A stretch of 64,000 nt of DNA, taken from NCBI RefSeq assembly GCF_018350175.1, contig NC_058377.1, forward strand, positions 101,246,001 through 101,310,000, written 5' to 3'. Under the pieces are notes generated by a model. That model saw only the letters and a program-made list of their open reading frames with translations. It did no database searches and was not told the origin of the DNA. A program made the position numbers and the translations under genes. Positions 62,400 to 64,000 of the stretch are shown one piece after another (positions within the stretch are counted from its first letter, which is position 1; each line of letters begins with the position of its first letter). Source of the stretch: Felis catus. Its lineage: Eukaryota.

Positions 62400-63325
62400 A
62401 GAAACTCAGAGCTGGTTTTGTCCTAAGGCAGATGTCCTAAGGCATTGTTCATTGAACAATGTGGGAAGCGTACTGGATACCCGAGTTCTTTCCAGTGCTG
62501 TTTGGATATTAGATGACTAAAATTAAAGAATGGTATAACTACAGATTTACTGGATTTTGTCTTATTTGAACAACTTAAAAAAAAAAGAAATTGGTGATAA
62601 CAAGATTAACTTAAGTTATCCCAAGTTATCTTAGTACAGATTTCATAGTTAAGTTTAGACTTGAGATTTATGTGAAAATATCAATACTGTCATATTAAGG
62701 TACATGTTTTTAAAATTATTTTTATATTTGCCTCATACAACCCAACACCATTATTAAAATGGCCATAATGTGTTCTAAGTGACTGTAAATGGTACAGATT
62801 CTGGAGAGAAAGCAATAAATTAGAATTATGACTTTCAAACTCTTAAACTTTTGGAGGGAGGATGCGACAGCCGAGAAATTAATCTTGGGAATTATGACTC
62901 TCAATTGTCAAGGGCAAGAACTCAACGGAGGGAGATATCTTTGTTGTTGGTTTCGTTTTGGTTGTTATAATATTAAATAGCTAAAATCTTGTACAGTGAA
63001 CTGGAGAGTGGGAGAGAACTTGTAACAACTAAAGAGTCTTTTTTTTTTTTTTTCCACAAGCAGTAAGAGCTCAACCTGAGACTGGCAATATGAGGAGAAT
63101 TTAAAGGTGAGTGAATCATTGCAAAGAAGCTGCCCCATCCTCTGGGTAGCATACCAGATTCGGGTGAGGTTGCTACAAAAACACACAGCTACTGAGGCTA
63201 AGTTCAGTGAGTTTGAAGCGCTCCCAGAGCAGAAAGTATGATAGCTTACCTTCCCAGGGTAGAGCCTGGGAGACTAAAAAAAGCCTCATAGAAAAACCAG
63301 AGTTCCAACACGGCAGCAACAAAAC
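62400..63325 (-). mobile_element. Possible non-coding ERV1 (MER4-group-like) internal remnant
   Basis: Composition and phrase-level resemblance only; no protein motif recovered. Confidence 0.25.
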
Positions 63326-63329
63326 ATAG

Positions 63330-63760
63330 AGTTTTTTCAGTCCGCCGTAACAAAGTACCACAACCTACGTGGCTTAAAACAATAAAAATTTATTTCTTAC
63401 CGTTCTGGAGTCTAAAGTCTGAAATCAAGGAATCGGCAGGGCCTTGCTCCCAGGAAGTTCTGAGGGAGGATCTGTTCTTGCCTCTTGCTTCTTCTAGTAG
63501 ACCCAGTGTTTCTTGACTTGTGGCTGCATCACTCCAATCTCTGCCTCTCTTCATATGGCCATCTTCTGTCTATGCCTGTGTCCGTATTTCCTTCTTATAA
63601 GGATACCAGTCATACCGGATTAAGGGTCCACCCTACTCCAAGGTGACTGTATCTTAGCTAATTATATATGCAGTGACCCTATCTGCAAATGTTATTCTGA
63701 GGTACCTAGGATTAGGACAGCAACATATATTTTGGGGGAACACAATTCAATCCACAGTAA
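63330..63760 (-). mobile_element. MaLR solo LTR (MLT1C-like)
   Basis: ccgtaacaaagtaccacaac..ggcttaaaacaat..gcatcactccaatctctgcc..cttataaggataccagtc..gggggaacacaattcaa. Confidence 0.85.
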
Positions 63761-64000
63761 GTAACAGTATGTGTTGGCTAAAATGACTGATGGAAGATCA
63801 CTCAGTCTATATCTACAAACACAGAGCAGATGAAACAGCTGAGAATTCCTGGGCCCAAGAAAGAAACTTGTATATGAAAATGCCAGGGGAGAAAAGTGGC
63901 CTAGAAGTTGGAACAAAATGGATTTATAATCAACTAATGTGACCATTGGAGGCCGTGACAAGTCCAAGGACTCATCAAGCAGTGAGGGGAAGAGGATACA

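Noticed and set aside
1-64000. CRISPR arrays, rRNA, operons or other prokaryotic systems
   Set aside because: Eukaryotic DNA; recurring sequences are dispersed SINEs, not regularly spaced repeats.

Overview
Mammalian genomic DNA, almost certainly from a felid (young feline-type CAN-SINEs, cat-type L1 3' end), from a draft assembly with three N gaps. It is part of a class II olfactory receptor (OR) cluster with five intact single-coding-exon OR genes and one frameshifted OR pseudogene. By my recall of the human proteins and gene order (not a database search), they match human 11q12: OR8J1(+), OR8U1-like(+), OR5AL2P-like pseudogene(+), OR5AL1(+), OR5R1/OR8U3(-), then one more OR8U/OR5R-clade gene(+) that I cannot name. 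The rest is interspersed repeats: about 38 CAN-SINEs, L1, L2, MIR, MaLR/ERV LTRs, Tigger-type and MER5 DNA transposons, and microsatellites. I found no evidence of a new biological system. The most interesting items missed by the ORF track are: (1) a decayed class III (ERV-L-like) provirus remnant at about 30.3-31.5 kb on the minus strand, where pol RNase H is joined directly to an env TM (CX6CC) segment, PPT and LTR; (2) a twin-primed inverted L1; (3) an OR pseudogene whose four frameshifts are all 1-bp losses; (4) a candidate O/E + homeodomain promoter with a non-coding first exon for the last OR. Repeat subfamily names and boundaries are by eye and approximate.
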